The notes beneath the pieces were generated by a model that made no database searches, was not told the DNA's origin, and was given only the letters and a program-made list of their open reading frames with translations. This document shows, one piece after another, positions 1 through 11,332 of a DNA stretch of 32,000 nucleotides. Position 1 is the stretch's first letter. Every line of letters starts with the position of its first letter. The position numbers were made by a program, and so were the translations under genes. Origin of the DNA: Nitrosospira multiformis ATCC 25196 (GTDB taxonomy: Bacteria > Pseudomonadota > Gammaproteobacteria > Burkholderiales > Nitrosomonadaceae); contig NC_007614.1 in assembly GCF_000196355.1 (NCBI RefSeq), positions 1,260,001 to 1,292,000 of the forward strand. The letters are read 5' to 3'.

Positions 1-660
1 TTCACCAACCGGTTTCCCACGTACGTCGATGAGTACGAGACCCTGCTTACCGATAACCGTATCTGGAAACAGAGACTGGTAGGCATTGGAACGGTTTCGC
101 CCGAGCGGGCCATGGCTCTGGGATTCACCGGCCCCATGCTGCGCGGGTCCGGCGTCGAATGGGATCTGCGGAAGAAGCAGCCCTATGAAGTTTATGATCA
201 GCTCGATTTCGATATACCTGTCGGCGTCAATGGGGATTGCTACGACCGCTATCTGGTCCGGATCGAAGAATTCCGGCAGTCCAATCGCATCATCAGGCAA
301 TGTGTCGACTGGCTTCGTAAAAATCCGGGGCCGGTCATAACGGATAACCACAAGGTCGCGCCGCCTTCCCGTGTGAACATGAAGCAGAACATGGAGGAAC
401 TGATCCATCATTTCAAGCTTTTCACTGAAGGGTTTCACGTGCCGCCCGGTGAAACCTATGCGGCAGTCGAGCACCCGAAAGGGGAATTCGGCATTTACCT
501 GATATCGGATGGCGCCAACATGCCTTACCGCATGAAAATCCGCGCTCCCGGCTTTGCCCATCTGGCAGCGCTGGACGAGATGTCGCGCGGCCATATGATT
601 GCCGATGTGGTTGCCATCATTGGTACCCAGGATATTGTGTTTGGTGAAATAGACAGATGA
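1..660 (+). CDS. nuoD: NADH-quinone oxidoreductase subunit D (3' part; the 5' end lies upstream of the window)
   Basis: Frame 1 is open from base 1 ([30 protein letters not shown]...) and ends at TGA 658-660. It carries C-terminal NuoD/49-kDa hallmarks: [20 protein letters not shown] and [15 protein letters not shown]. nuoE-N follow in canonical order. Confidence 0.95.
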   Translation, partial: FTNRFPTYVDEYETLLTDNRIWKQRLVGIGTVSPERAMALGFTGPMLRGSGVEWDLRKKQPYEVYDQLDFDIPVGVNGDCYDRYLVRIEEFRQSNRIIRQCVDWLRKNPGPVITDNHKVAPPSRVNMKQNMEELIHHFKLFTEGFHVPPGETYAAVEHPKGEFGIYLISDGANMPYRMKIRAPGFAHLAALDEMSRGHMIADVVAIIGTQDIVFGEIDR

Positions 661-687
661 CGTACTGAAGGTGAAACGGCTATCAAC

Positions 688-1164
688 ATGCTAAGCGCAG
701 AGTCTCTGAAAAAAATCGATTACGAGTTGACCAAGTATCCCGCAGACCAGAAGCAATCCGCGGTAATGTCGGCGCTCGCCATCGCCCAGGATGAGAAAGG
801 GTGGCTGACCACCGAAACGATGGATTTTGTGGCGGAGTACTTGGGCATGCCGTCGATCGCCGTATACGAAGTGGCTACTTTCTACACCATGTACAATTTG
901 CAGCCCATCGGAAAATACAAGATCACGGTCTGCACGAATCTTCCATGTGCGCTGTCCGGCGCAAACGAGGCAGTCGCCCATTTCCGGGAAAAGCTGGGAA
1001 TAGGCTTCAACGAAACCACTGCGGACGGAAAATTTACCTTGAAAGAAGGGGAGTGTATGGGTGCATGTGGAGATGCGCCGGTTCTCCTGGTCAATAACAA
1101 ACGCATGTGCAGTTTCATGTCCAACGACAAGATCGACCAGTTGCTGGAGGATTTGAGCAAATGA
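688..1164 (+). CDS. nuoE: NADH-quinone oxidoreductase subunit E (24-kDa, 2Fe-2S)
   Basis: 158-aa ORF. Cys pairs typical of the NuoE 2Fe-2S site are present (VCTNLPCAL ... [16 protein letters not shown]). GAAGGTG lies upstream of the ATG. The stop overlaps the nuoF start (ATGA at 1161-1164). Confidence 0.95.
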   Translation: MLSAESLKKIDYELTKYPADQKQSAVMSALAIAQDEKGWLTTETMDFVAEYLGMPSIAVYEVATFYTMYNLQPIGKYKITVCTNLPCALSGANEAVAHFREKLGIGFNETTADGKFTLKEGECMGACGDAPVLLVNNKRMCSFMSNDKIDQLLEDLSK

Positions 1165-2438
1165 ACCAGCCTGCCCAGATACTGCTGGCCGGATTGAATC
1201 CATCGGATCCCAACGATTGGCGGCTGAATAATTACGAACAGCGTGAAGGATATGCTGCGCTCAGAAAAATCCTGAGCGATAAAATTCCTCCGGAAAAGAT
1301 CATCGAGGAGGTAAAGAAATCCGCCTTGCGGGGTCGCGGCGGAGCCGGTTTTCCGACCGGGTTGAAATGGAGTTTCATGCCCAAGCAGTACGAAGGCGAC
1401 AAATACCTGGTATGCAATTCGGATGAAGGCGAACCTGGCACCTTCAAGGATCGTGACATCATGCGTTACAACCCTCATATGCTGATCGAGGGCATGCTGA
1501 TCGGAGCCTATGCGATGGGCATCAGGGCGGGCTACAACTACGTGCATGGCGAAATCTGGGACGTCTACGAGCGCATGGAGGAGGCAGTGGATGAAGCCCG
1601 TGCGGCGGGTTATCTCGGGGATAACATCCTCGGTTCCGATTTCAGCTTCCAGTTATACAACCATCATGGCTACGGCGCCTATATCTGCGGCGAGGAAACA
1701 GCGCTGCTCGAGTCGCTGGAGGGCAAAAAAGGTCAGCCGCGCTTCAAGCCGCCTTTTCCCGCAAGTTTCGGTCTCTATGGTAAACCGACTACCATCAACA
1801 ACACGGAGACATTCGCGTCGGTCCCCTGGATTATCAGGCACGGGGGTGACAAGTTTCTGCAACTGGGTAAGCCAAACAATGGCGGAACCAAGATTTTTTC
1901 CGTTTCCGGGCACGTGAACAAGCCCGGCAATTATGAAGTGCCTCTTGGCACGCCATTCGCAGCCTTGCTGGAGATGGCTGGTGGCATGCGCGGCGGACGC
2001 AAGCTGAAAGGCTGTATTCCCGGAGGTTCATCCATGCCGGTATTGCCGGGTGATGTCATGATGCAGACCGACATGGACTATGACTCGATTGCCAAGGCAG
2101 GATCATTTCTCGGTTCAGGCGCGGTCATTATCATGGACGATACGACCTGCATGGTCAGGGCCCTGGAGCGCTTATCCTATTTTTACTATGAAGAATCCTG
2201 CGGCCAGTGCACCCCCTGCCGTGAAGGCACGGGATGGCTTTACCGCATCGTCCACCGGATCGAAACAGGAAAAGGCCGCATGGAAGACCTGGATTTGCTC
2301 AATAATCTCGCCGACAACATTCAGGGGCGTACCATCTGCGCATTGGGTGACGCGGCCGCCATGCCGGTGCGCGCCATGATTCAGCATTTCCGTGACGAAT
2401 TTGCGTATCACGTCGAACACAAGAAATGCCTGGTGTGA
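1161..2438 (+). CDS. nuoF: NADH-quinone oxidoreductase subunit F (51-kDa, FMN/NADH-binding)
   Basis: The track ORF starts at 1107, but the in-frame ATG at 1161 ([12 protein letters not shown]...) overlaps the nuoE stop and gives the typical length of about 425 aa. Motifs seen: [29 protein letters not shown], and the N3 cluster motif [12 protein letters not shown]. Confidence 0.95.
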   Translation: MNQPAQILLAGLNPSDPNDWRLNNYEQREGYAALRKILSDKIPPEKIIEEVKKSALRGRGGAGFPTGLKWSFMPKQYEGDKYLVCNSDEGEPGTFKDRDIMRYNPHMLIEGMLIGAYAMGIRAGYNYVHGEIWDVYERMEEAVDEARAAGYLGDNILGSDFSFQLYNHHGYGAYICGEETALLESLEGKKGQPRFKPPFPASFGLYGKPTTINNTETFASVPWIIRHGGDKFLQLGKPNNGGTKIFSVSGHVNKPGNYEVPLGTPFAALLEMAGGMRGGRKLKGCIPGGSSMPVLPGDVMMQTDMDYDSIAKAGSFLGSGAVIIMDDTTCMVRALERLSYFYYEESCGQCTPCREGTGWLYRIVHRIETGKGRMEDLDLLNNLADNIQGRTICALGDAAAMPVRAMIQHFRDEFAYHVEHKKCLV

Positions 2439-2501
2439 CACGGATGAAGTCATGAGTCTTTTCTTGTTTGCGGCTGCTTGTTGCCCCGGAGCACATAAGT
2501 A

Positions 2502-4931
2502 ATGATCAATTTCGAAATCGACGGTAAACCGGTGTCCGTGCCCAAGAATGGCACTGTCATGGATGGTGCCAATCAGCTCGGCATATACATTCCTCATTTC
2601 TGCTATCACAAGAAGCTCTCCATTGCCGCCAACTGCCGCATGTGCCTCGTGCAGGTGGAGAAGGCCCCCAAGCCCCTGCCGGCGTGTGCCACGCCCGCGA
2701 TGGAGGGCATGAAGGTTTTCACCCACTCCGGGCAGGCAGTAACGGCGCAGAAAGGTGTGATGGAATTCCTGCTCATCAATCACCCCCTGGACTGTCCGAT
2801 TTGTGATCAGGGCGGAGAGTGTCAGTTACAGGATCTGGCCGTGGGCTATGGAGCAAGCTCATCGCGTTATACCGAAGCCAAGCGTGTGGTGGCGAACAAG
2901 AATCTCGGTCCGCTGATTTCCACCGACATGACCCGTTGTATTCATTGCACGCGTTGCGTCCGCTTCGGGCAGGAAATCGCGGGGATCATGGAATTGGGCA
3001 TGGCGGGACGTGGAGAGCATTCGGAGATACTCGCCTTTGTCGGTAAAACCGTGGATTCGGAGTTATCCGGCAATGTGATCGATCTATGCCCCGTGGGCGC
3101 CCTTGTCAGCAAGCCATTCCGCTATTCCGCGCGCACTTGGGAGCTATCACGCCGAAAATCCATAAGCCCGCATTGCGGCCTCGGCTCCAACCTCATTGTC
3201 CAGATAAAACAGAACCGCGTGATGCGTGTGCTGCCCCGCGAGAACGAGGAAATCAACGAGTGCTGGTTATCGGACAAAGACCGTTTTTCCTACGAGGGTT
3301 TAAACTCTGAGGAGCGTCTTACCAGGCCGATGATAAAGCAGGGAGGCGTGTGGCAGGAATGCGACTGGCAAACTGCGCTGGAGTTTGTGGCCAATGGCCT
3401 CAAAGATGTGAAAGAAAAGTATGGAGCGGAAAGCATCGGCGCGCTGGGTTCTGCTCACAGCACGCTTGAAGAACTTTACCTGTTGCAGAAACTTGTAAGG
3501 GGATTAGGCAGCGCAAGCGTGGATCATCGCGTGCGTCAGAGCGATTTTCGCGCGGACTCGCAGATGCAGGGTGCTCCCTGGTTGGGAATGCCCATTGCCG
3601 AAGTTGCGCAATTGAAGTCATTACTCGTCATAGGCAGTATCTTGCGAAAGGATCATCCTCTCCTTGCGCATCGTATCCGCCAGGCAGTGAAGCACGGCGC
3701 GGAATTGAATGTGATCAATCCGGTCGACGATGACCTGCTGACCAAGGTAAGAAATCGTGCTATTGTTGCGCCCGACAAAATGGTATCCATGCTGGCAGAG
3801 GTGTTGAAAGCCATTGCCGAGTTGAAGGGCGTGGAGATTCCCGATGACGCTAAAAACGCCTTGAGCACTGTCAGCGCGAGCGATACTGCCCGTGCGATGG
3901 CGACCAGTCTCAGCGACAACAAACCCGCTGCAATTTTCATCGGGAATCTCGCGCAACACCACCCCCGCTACACGGATATCTGCAAGCTTGCCCAGCATAT
4001 CGCACAAATTTCCGGCGTCCGCTTCGGAGTACTGGGAGAGGCTGCCAACAGCGTCGGAGCTTATATTGCCGGTGCGGTTCCCTTTGGTAACCATGACGCA
4101 GATATTGCCGGGGACAGGCATGGAGGGCAGGGCGCCAATGCCTCACAAATGCTCGGCATGGACGAGATGGCAAGCGGAACCGGGTGCAAGGCATACATCC
4201 TGTTGAACCTGGAGCCGGAGCTGGATTGCTACAACACCCGGCGCGCAGTCAAAACGCTGGCAGCGGCCGATCTGGTTGTAATGATGAGCGCATACAAGAA
4301 CCATTCCGCCATTCAGGACAACTATGCGGATGTATTGCTGCCGATCGCGCCCTTCACGGAAACCTCGGGTACTTTCGTCAGCACGGAAGGGCGGGTGCAA
4401 AGCTTCAACGGAGTGGTTGCGCCGCTCGGGGAAACGCGTCCCGCATGGAAGGTATTGCGGGTGCTGGGCAATATCCTGCAACTCAATGGCTTCGATTATG
4501 AAACATCGGAGCAGGTGCGGGCGGACGTTCTTCCAGCCGGGAACGACGTCAGTGCGTGGTTGAATAGCAATCTGGGAAGCCTTGCCGTGAATCCCATTGA
4601 AGCCGGTGAGGAAAATAAGGGAAGCGAAGGATTGCAACGTATCGGTGAGGTTCCGATTTATCAGGCTGACCTCATCGTGCGGCGGGCGGAGTCGTTGCAG
4701 CGCACGCGCGATGCGGCGGCGCCTTTAGCATGGATGTCGGGCAGCCTCATGGCACAGTTGAACCTGCAGACCGAAGAAGTCATACGGCTGAGGCAGGGAG
4801 AAGGTGAGGTGCAATTGCCCGTCGCACAGGATGACAAGTTGCCTGCCAACTGTATAAGGGTTGCCTCCGCCCATCCTTCGACTGCGGCCTTGGGCGGAAT
4901 GTTTGATCTGATCACGGTGGAAAAATCGTGA
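2502..4931 (+). CDS. nuoG: NADH-quinone oxidoreductase subunit G (75-kDa Fe-S subunit)
   Basis: 809-aa ORF. The N-terminal Fe-S motifs are [35 protein letters not shown] and [10 protein letters not shown]...DLCPVGAL, followed by a molybdopterin-oxidoreductase-like domain. Confidence 0.95.
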
Positions 4932-4953
4932 CGAACGATACTCGGATTATCTG

Positions 4954-6054
4954 ATGGAATACGCGCAACAACTGTTCGGGGATTTTTTCGGTCCTGAGTG
5001 GGGACCTGCTCTTTTCCTGCTGGTGAAGAATGTCCTTCTGATCGTGGCCATCGTGCTGCCACTGATGCTGGCGGTTGCCTATCTCACATTTGCCGAACGC
5101 AAGATCATTGGCTATATGCAGTTGCGCGTGGGTCCCAATCGGGTAACGTTCTTTGGCATTCCCTGGCTGGGGGGGTGGGCGCAGCCCATTGCCGATGCGG
5201 TAAAGGCGGTGATGAAAGAAATCATCATCCCGAGCGGAGCGAACAAAGTCCTGTTCGTGCTTGCGCCCATACTGACGTTCGCGCCGGCACTGGCGGCCTG
5301 GGCGGTCATTCCCTTTTCTCCGGATGTGGTTCTGGCGGACATCAATGCAGGTCTGCTTTATATTCTGGCCATGACCTCGATGGGAGTCTATGGCATTATC
5401 ATTGCGGGGTGGGCCTCCAACTCCAAATACGCATTCCTGGGAGCAATGCGTTCGGCGGCTCAAGTGGTTTCCTACGAACTGGCCATGGGTTTTGCGCTGG
5501 TGTGCGTGCTCATGATGTCCCAGAGCCTGAACCTGGGTGACATTGTCAAGGGCCAGCAAGGGGCCAGCATGCTGAACTGGTATCTGATACCGCTGTTTCC
5601 CATGTTTCTGGTTTATTTTATTTCCGGCGTCGCGGAAACCAATCGTGCTCCATTCGATGTCGCCGAGGGTGAGTCCGAAATCGTGGCAGGTTTTCATGTC
5701 GAGTATTCGGGCATGGCGTTCACGGTGTTTTTCCTGGCCGAATATTCCAACATGATTCTGGTGGCCATGCTTGCAAGCATCATATTCCTGGGTGGCTGGC
5801 TGCCTCCTGTCAACGTTGCGCCGTTTACCCTTGTTCCCGGCTTCATCTGGCTGATCCTGAAAGCATCATTTCTATTGTTCTGTTTTCTCTGGTTCCGGGC
5901 CACGTTTCCACGTTATCGTTACGACCAGATCATGCGTCTTGGCTGGAAGGTATTCATTCCGATCACGCTCGTCTGGATAGTGGTGCTTGGCCTGGTGATG
6001 CAGCTTCCGGCATCGATTCGGGGCGCATTCCCGCTTAACTTGTGGTTTCACTGA
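4954..6054 (+). CDS. nuoH: NADH-quinone oxidoreductase subunit H
   Basis: 366-aa polytopic membrane ORF with the NuoH/ND1 signature [28 protein letters not shown]. Confidence 0.94.
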
Positions 6055-6068
6055 CACAGGAGGAAACC

Positions 6069-6557
6069 ATGAACCGAATCAAGGATTTTTTCCGCACTTT
6101 CCTACTGTTCGAGCTCATCAAAGGAATGATGCTGACAGGGCGAAACATGTTCGCGCGGAAGATCACGGTGTATTTTCCCGAAGAAAAGACGCCGCAATCC
6201 CCTCGTTTCAGAGGTTTGCATGCCTTGCGCAGATATCCTAACGGAGAAGAGCGCTGCATAGCTTGCAAGCTGTGTGAAGCGGTATGCCCGGCATTGGCGA
6301 TTACCATCGAATCCGAGCAGCGCGAGGATGGTACGCGCCGTACCACGCGATATGACATCGATCTGACGAAGTGCATATTTTGCGGTTTCTGCGAGGAATC
6401 CTGTCCGGTGGATTCCATCGTCGAGACGCGCATTCTGGAATACCACGGAGAGAAGCGTGGCGACCTCATCTATACCAAGCAGATGCTGCTGGCGGTCGGG
6501 GATCGGTACGAGGAACAGATAGCAAAGGATCGGGCAGCTGATGCAGGTTACCGATGA
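6069..6557 (+). CDS. nuoI: NADH-quinone oxidoreductase subunit I (2x 4Fe-4S ferredoxin-type)
   Basis: The ATG at 6069 is preceded by AGGAGGAAACC; the track ORF begins at 6042, before the RBS. Two ferredoxin motifs are present: [12 protein letters not shown] and [12 protein letters not shown]. Confidence 0.94.
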   Translation: MNRIKDFFRTFLLFELIKGMMLTGRNMFARKITVYFPEEKTPQSPRFRGLHALRRYPNGEERCIACKLCEAVCPALAITIESEQREDGTRRTTRYDIDLTKCIFCGFCEESCPVDSIVETRILEYHGEKRGDLIYTKQMLLAVGDRYEEQIAKDRAADAGYR

Positions 6558-6751
6558 ATCGTGCCTGGTTCGCCAATATTGGCAGCGGATATTCTCATCA
6601 ACCCCGGACTTGCACTGTCTTCCGTCGTGCGAGCGCTGGACTGTTGCCGCTCGTCACGCTTATCCGCAGAAACAAGCGGAAGGCATTTTCATGAGTTCAT
6701 CTTTATCTTACGTGAACCCTTCCAGACCCCCAGATTTCTAGAAGTAGCCAT

Positions 6752-7357
6752 ATGAGTTTTACAGATATAATCTTCTACTTTTTTTCCGCGGTATTAGTGG
6801 CATCGGCCCTCGGAGTCATCACCGCGCGCAATCCGGTGCATTCGGCGTTGCTGCTGGTGCTGGCCTTTTTTGCCTCCGCCGGATTATGGCTGCTGCTGGA
6901 AGCGGAATTTCTTGCCATTACCCTGGTGTTGGTCTACGTGGGAGCAGTGATGGTACTGTTCCTGTTCGTCGTGATGATGCTCGACATCAATCTTGCCCGG
7001 CTTCGGGAAGGCTTCTGGAAGTGGTTTCCGTTCGGATTATTGCTCGGCCTGGTGATGTCGATTGAGATGGCCATGGTTCTGACGGGCAAACAGTTCGGTG
7101 CCAACGAGCTTCCCGCTCCGGCGGCGCGGGCGGCCGACTACAGCAATACCAAGGAACTGGGGCGCCTGATCTATACCGAATACGTTTATGCCTTTGAGCT
7201 CGCGGCGGTGATCCTGCTGGTTGCGATCGTGGCTGCAATCGCGCTCACCTTGCGTCAGCGGGGCGAGAGCAAATCCATGGATGTCGCCAAACAGGTAGCG
7301 GTGAAGCGTGAAGACCGCATCCGCATCGTGTCGATGGCATCCGAGAAGAAAGAATAA
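6752..7357 (+). CDS. nuoJ: NADH-quinone oxidoreductase subunit J
   Basis: 201-aa hydrophobic ORF with a typical NuoJ N-terminus ([37 protein letters not shown]) in the expected operon position. Confidence 0.93.
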   Translation: MSFTDIIFYFFSAVLVASALGVITARNPVHSALLLVLAFFASAGLWLLLEAEFLAITLVLVYVGAVMVLFLFVVMMLDINLARLREGFWKWFPFGLLLGLVMSIEMAMVLTGKQFGANELPAPAARAADYSNTKELGRLIYTEYVYAFELAAVILLVAIVAAIALTLRQRGESKSMDVAKQVAVKREDRIRIVSMASEKKE

Positions 7358-7403
7358 AAGTAATATATTGCGGCGTTTTTACGCCGCCATGAAAGGGGGT
7401 GTA

Positions 7404-7709
7404 GTGGTTTCGTTATCCCATTATCTTGTTATCGGTGCGATTCTGTTTGCCATCAGCATTGTCGGTATCTTCCTCAACAGAAAGAACGTGATCATCCTGT
7501 TGATGGCCATTGAACTGATGCTATTGGCGGTAAACATGAATTTTGTTGCTTTTTCGCATTATCTGCAGGACGCATCCGGTCAAGTGTTCGTGTTTTTCAT
7601 CCTTACCGTTGCTGCAGCGGAATCTGCCATCGGGCTTGCGATACTGGTTGTGCTGTTTCGTGGCCTGCGCACCATCGATGTCGATGACCTGGATAGCCTT
7701 AAAGGCTGA
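7404..7709 (+). CDS. nuoK: NADH-quinone oxidoreductase subunit K
   Basis: A GTG at 7404 lies 4 nt after AAAGGGGG and gives a 101-aa protein ([30 protein letters not shown]...[13 protein letters not shown]), the usual NuoK size. An in-frame ATG at 7389 is an alternative start, but it has no SD and abuts a stem-loop. Confidence 0.9.
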   Translation: MVSLSHYLVIGAILFAISIVGIFLNRKNVIILLMAIELMLLAVNMNFVAFSHYLQDASGQVFVFFILTVAAAESAIGLAILVVLFRGLRTIDVDDLDSLKG

Positions 7710-7775
7710 CGGGCTAATCCAGGGTCAATAGTTCGGAGTCGGTATCGCTGGTTCAAAAACAAAAACCTGAATTTC

Positions 7776-9728
7776 ATGACTGAGATGCAAAATCTATACC
7801 TGTTGGTGCCTCTGGCGCCGCTGGCGGGGGCGCTCATAGCCGGCCTGCTTGGACGTGTGATTGGTCCTGCCGCAAGCCATCGCGTCACCATTGCCCTTAT
7901 GTTCGTTTGCCTGGCAGCGTCCATTGCCGTGTTCCTCGATGTGCTGAAAGGAAACGTGTACAACGGCACGGTTTATACCTGGCTGACATCGGGCGGTGTG
8001 CGTTTCGAAGTAGGGTTTCTGATCGATCAGCTTTCCGCGACCATGATGATTGTGGTGAGTTTCGTATCGCTGATGGTGCATATCTATACCATCGGTTATA
8101 TGCATGACGACCCAGGCTATCAGCGCTTTTTCAGCTATATCTCGCTTTTTACCTTCTCCATGCTGATGCTGGTGATGTCCAACAATTTCCTCCAGCTGTT
8201 CTTCGGATGGGAAGCGGTAGGGCTGGTCTCATATCTCCTGATCGGCTTCTGGTATACGCGCCCGACGGCCATTTACGCGAATCTGAAGGCGTTCCTGGTC
8301 AATCGTGTCGGGGACTTCGGTTTTCTCCTCGGCATCGGTCTAGTACTGGTGTATTTCGGCACGCTGGATTATGCTGCCGTGTTTGCCCAGGCGCCCAACG
8401 TCGCGGCTGAGACGATCGAAATCACTTCCGGTTCGCCTTGGGCAATACTGACCGTCATCTGTATCCTGCTTTTCGTCGGCGCCATGGGTAAATCGGCTCA
8501 GTTCCCGCTCCATGTATGGCTGCCGGATTCGATGGAAGGTCCCACGCCCATTTCGGCGCTGATTCATGCTGCAACCATGGTTACCGCCGGTATTTTCATG
8601 GTGGCGCGCATGTCACCCCTGTTCGAACTGACCGAGACCGCACTCTCCGTAGTGCTGGTGATAGGCGGCATCACGACCTTGTTCATGGCGCTGGTGGCGA
8701 TCGTCCAGTATGACATCAAGCGCGTCGTGGCATACTCGACCCTGTCGCAACTCGGCTACATGACGGTGGCGCTCGGGGCGTCCGCTTATCCGGCCGCGAT
8801 TTTTCACCTCATGACGCATGCCTTTTTCAAGGCGGTGCTGTTCCTGGGCGCAGGTTCCGTGATTATTGCGATGCATCATGAACAGGATATGCGCAAGATG
8901 GGCGGGCTCAAGAAATACATGCCCATTACTTACTGGACAATGTTTGTTGCCGCACTCGCCAGTGCCGGTGTCCCGGGCCTCTCGGGCTTCTTCTCGAAGG
9001 AGTCGATCATAGAAGCGGTGCACCTTGCCGATATCCCCGGGGCTGGCTTTGCCTATTTCTGTGCCGTGGCTACTGTCTTCGTAACCGCATTTTATACCTT
9101 TCGCCTGCTGTTCATGACGTTCCACGGTCAGCCGCGCATGGACCATCACACTGAAGAGCACTTGCATGAATCTCCCTGGGTAGTGACCCTGCCTCTCGTT
9201 GCTCTCGCCATACCGACCGTCGGCGCAGGCTGGCTGATAGGCCCGATGCTGTTTGGCGATTACTTTGCCAATACGATACAGATCGCGCCTCAACACGAAG
9301 CAATGGCGAAATTGGCAGCGGAGTTTCACGGCATACCGGAAATGATGAGGCATGCGCTTTCCACCATCCCCTTCTGGTTATCCGTTGCTGGTATCTTTGC
9401 CGCCTGGTATCTCTATATTGCAAAACCCGATCTGCCCGGGAAAATCAAGTGGGCGGCGGGACCGTTTGCAACGCTGCTTGAGCGCAAATACTTCATAGAC
9501 GAACTCTATTCCTGGCTGTTTGCAGGCGGTGCGCGCCTGCTTGGCCGGGGATTGTGGAAGTTCGGGGATGTCAAGGTAATTGACGGGTTCTTTGTGAATG
9601 GCACGGCGGGGTTAGTAGCCGGAGCCTCCACATTGATGCGCCGCTTCCAGACCGGCTACATCTATCACTACGCGTTTACCATGATCGTTGGCGTGTTTAT
9701 ACTGATGAGTTTGTGGTTGTTCTGGTAA
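7776..9728 (+). CDS. nuoL: NADH-quinone oxidoreductase subunit L
   Basis: 650-aa antiporter-like membrane ORF (WEAVGLVSYLLIGFW, KSAQFPLHVWLPDSMEGPTPISALIHAATMV). The start could also be the ATG at 7785. Confidence 0.94.
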   Translation: MTEMQNLYLLVPLAPLAGALIAGLLGRVIGPAASHRVTIALMFVCLAASIAVFLDVLKGNVYNGTVYTWLTSGGVRFEVGFLIDQLSATMMIVVSFVSLMVHIYTIGYMHDDPGYQRFFSYISLFTFSMLMLVMSNNFLQLFFGWEAVGLVSYLLIGFWYTRPTAIYANLKAFLVNRVGDFGFLLGIGLVLVYFGTLDYAAVFAQAPNVAAETIEITSGSPWAILTVICILLFVGAMGKSAQFPLHVWLPDSMEGPTPISALIHAATMVTAGIFMVARMSPLFELTETALSVVLVIGGITTLFMALVAIVQYDIKRVVAYSTLSQLGYMTVALGASAYPAAIFHLMTHAFFKAVLFLGAGSVIIAMHHEQDMRKMGGLKKYMPITYWTMFVAALASAGVPGLSGFFSKESIIEAVHLADIPGAGFAYFCAVATVFVTAFYTFRLLFMTFHGQPRMDHHTEEHLHESPWVVTLPLVALAIPTVGAGWLIGPMLFGDYFANTIQIAPQHEAMAKLAAEFHGIPEMMRHALSTIPFWLSVAGIFAAWYLYIAKPDLPGKIKWAAGPFATLLERKYFIDELYSWLFAGGARLLGRGLWKFGDVKVIDGFFVNGTAGLVAGASTLMRRFQTGYIYHYAFTMIVGVFILMSLWLFW

Positions 9729-9812
9729 TGGGACAACGAAAAATACAATAAAAATGTTAGTTGTGGGACCCTCCCGCATCCGCTGCACGCTAATGAAAAA
9801 AATGGAATAGAC

Positions 9813-11300
9813 ATGTTGTTTGGTTTCCCCCTGTTAAGTCTGGTTATCTGGCTGCCTATCCTCGCCGGTGTTGCTGTACTCGCTACCGGTGGAGATCGTA
9901 ATGCTCCCCTTGCGCGCATGATCGCCCTCGTCGGATCTATTGCGGGTTTTCTGGTGGCGATTCCGCTTTATACCAGCTTCGATCCGTCGACGAGCACTAT
10001 GCAATTTGTCGAGAGCCATGTGTGGATCGAACGCTTCAACGTCCACTATCACCTCGGGGTGGATGGAATCGCCATGCCCCTGATACTGCTGAATGCTTTT
10101 ACCACCCCTCTGGTAGTGATCGCGGGATGGGAAGTGATTACCCGGCGCGTATCGCAGTATATGGGGGCCTTTCTCATCATGTCCGGCATCGTCAACGGTG
10201 TTTTTTCGTCGCTGGATGCAATTCTCTTCTATGTCTTCTGGGAAGCTTCCCTCATTCCGATGTTTCTTATCATTGGCGTGTGGGGGGGACCCAACCGGGT
10301 TTATGCGGCAATCAAGTTTTTCCTTTATACGCTGCTCGGTTCACTGCTGATGCTGGTGGCATTCATCTATCTTTACCAGGTTTCCGAGGGTAGCTTCTCG
10401 ATACTTGAATATCATAAACTGCCGTTGTCGATGGCATCGCAGATCCTGATATTCATCGCCTTCCTGCTGGCTTTTGCTGTCAAAGTCCCCATGTGGCCCG
10501 TCCATACGTGGCTACCCGACGCGCACGTGGAAGCGCCGACCGGAGGTTCGGTGGTGCTTGCCGCTATCCTGCTGAAAATGGGAGGCTACGGGTTCCTGCG
10601 GTTTTCGCTGCCGATCCTGCCGGATGCGAGTCACCAGCTCGCGGGCATGATGATCGCATTGTCGCTGATCGCGGTCGTCTATATCGGCCTGGTTGCCCTG
10701 GTGCAGGCGGACATGAAAAAGCTGATCGCCTACTCATCGGTGGCACATATGGGTTTCGTCACCCTCGGTTTTTTCCTGTTCAATAATTACGGCCTCGAAG
10801 GCGCCATGGTCCAGATGGTTTCACATGGTTTTATTTCGGCTGCAATGTTTCTTTGTATTGGCGTCATGTATGACAGGCTGCATTCCCGCCAGATCGTGGA
10901 TTATGGGGGAGTGGCGCACCGCATGCCTGCCTTTGCCGCTTTTTTCATGCTGTTTGCCATGGCTAACTCCGGGTTGCCCGGCACCAGCGGTTTCGTCGGC
11001 GAGTTCATGGTCATCATGGCATCGATGAAAGTGAATTTCTGGTATGCGTTTCTGGCCGCCACGACGCTCATCACAGGCGCAGCTTATACCCTGTGGATGT
11101 ACAAGCGCGTGATATTCGGCGCCGTTGTACATCCCGCAGTGGAGGAAATGAAAGATATCGGCGCGCGCGAGATTCTTGTATTGACCGTACTCGCGGTGGC
11201 GGTATTGGGGATGGGACTATATCCGCTACCCTTGACGGAAGTCATGCATACCACAGTTGATGATTTACTTGCGCATGTTGCTCGCAGCAAATTGCAGTGA
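9813..11300 (+). CDS. nuoM: NADH-quinone oxidoreductase subunit M
   Basis: 495-aa antiporter-like membrane ORF (VPMWPVHTWLPDAHVEAPTGGSVVLAAILLKMGGYG). Confidence 0.94.
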   Translation: MLFGFPLLSLVIWLPILAGVAVLATGGDRNAPLARMIALVGSIAGFLVAIPLYTSFDPSTSTMQFVESHVWIERFNVHYHLGVDGIAMPLILLNAFTTPLVVIAGWEVITRRVSQYMGAFLIMSGIVNGVFSSLDAILFYVFWEASLIPMFLIIGVWGGPNRVYAAIKFFLYTLLGSLLMLVAFIYLYQVSEGSFSILEYHKLPLSMASQILIFIAFLLAFAVKVPMWPVHTWLPDAHVEAPTGGSVVLAAILLKMGGYGFLRFSLPILPDASHQLAGMMIALSLIAVVYIGLVALVQADMKKLIAYSSVAHMGFVTLGFFLFNNYGLEGAMVQMVSHGFISAAMFLCIGVMYDRLHSRQIVDYGGVAHRMPAFAAFFMLFAMANSGLPGTSGFVGEFMVIMASMKVNFWYAFLAATTLITGAAYTLWMYKRVIFGAVVHPAVEEMKDIGAREILVLTVLAVAVLGMGLYPLPLTEVMHTTVDDLLAHVARSKLQ

Positions 11301-11332
11301 GTGAAGCGCTCCGACTCGGCTAAGGATGATAA

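Noticed and set aside
1107-1160. 5' extensions offered by the ORF track: nuoF from 1107, nuoI from 6042, nuoK from 7308, htpG from 17477, moeB to 29960 and ctpA to 31605.
   Set aside because: In each case an internal start has a better SD and/or stop-start coupling, and yields the family-typical N-terminus and length. The extensions overlap upstream genes, promoters or RBSs.
4912-5697. Long antisense ORFs inside well-supported genes. Examples are 4912-5697 (-) in nuoH, 8613-9353 (-) in nuoL, 882-1547 (-) and 2172-2783 (-) in nuoE/F/G, 17891-18463 (-) and 18965-19543 (-) in htpG, and 22965-23498 (-) and 24216-24818 (-) in the efflux genes.
   Set aside because: Each lies fully within a gene whose sense-strand product has unmistakable family motifs. 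The antisense products are His/Arg/Gln-rich and featureless, and have no SD.
6572-6583. A possible REP-like repeat family linking GCCAATATTGGC (6572-6583), CAATATTGGC (14135-14144), GGCAATATTGCC in nuoN (about 12186-12197) and CCAATAG/CTATTGG (19627-19646).
   Set aside because: There are only a few short, non-identical AT-core palindromes, one of them inside a coding region. That is too little to distinguish from chance without a whole-genome count.
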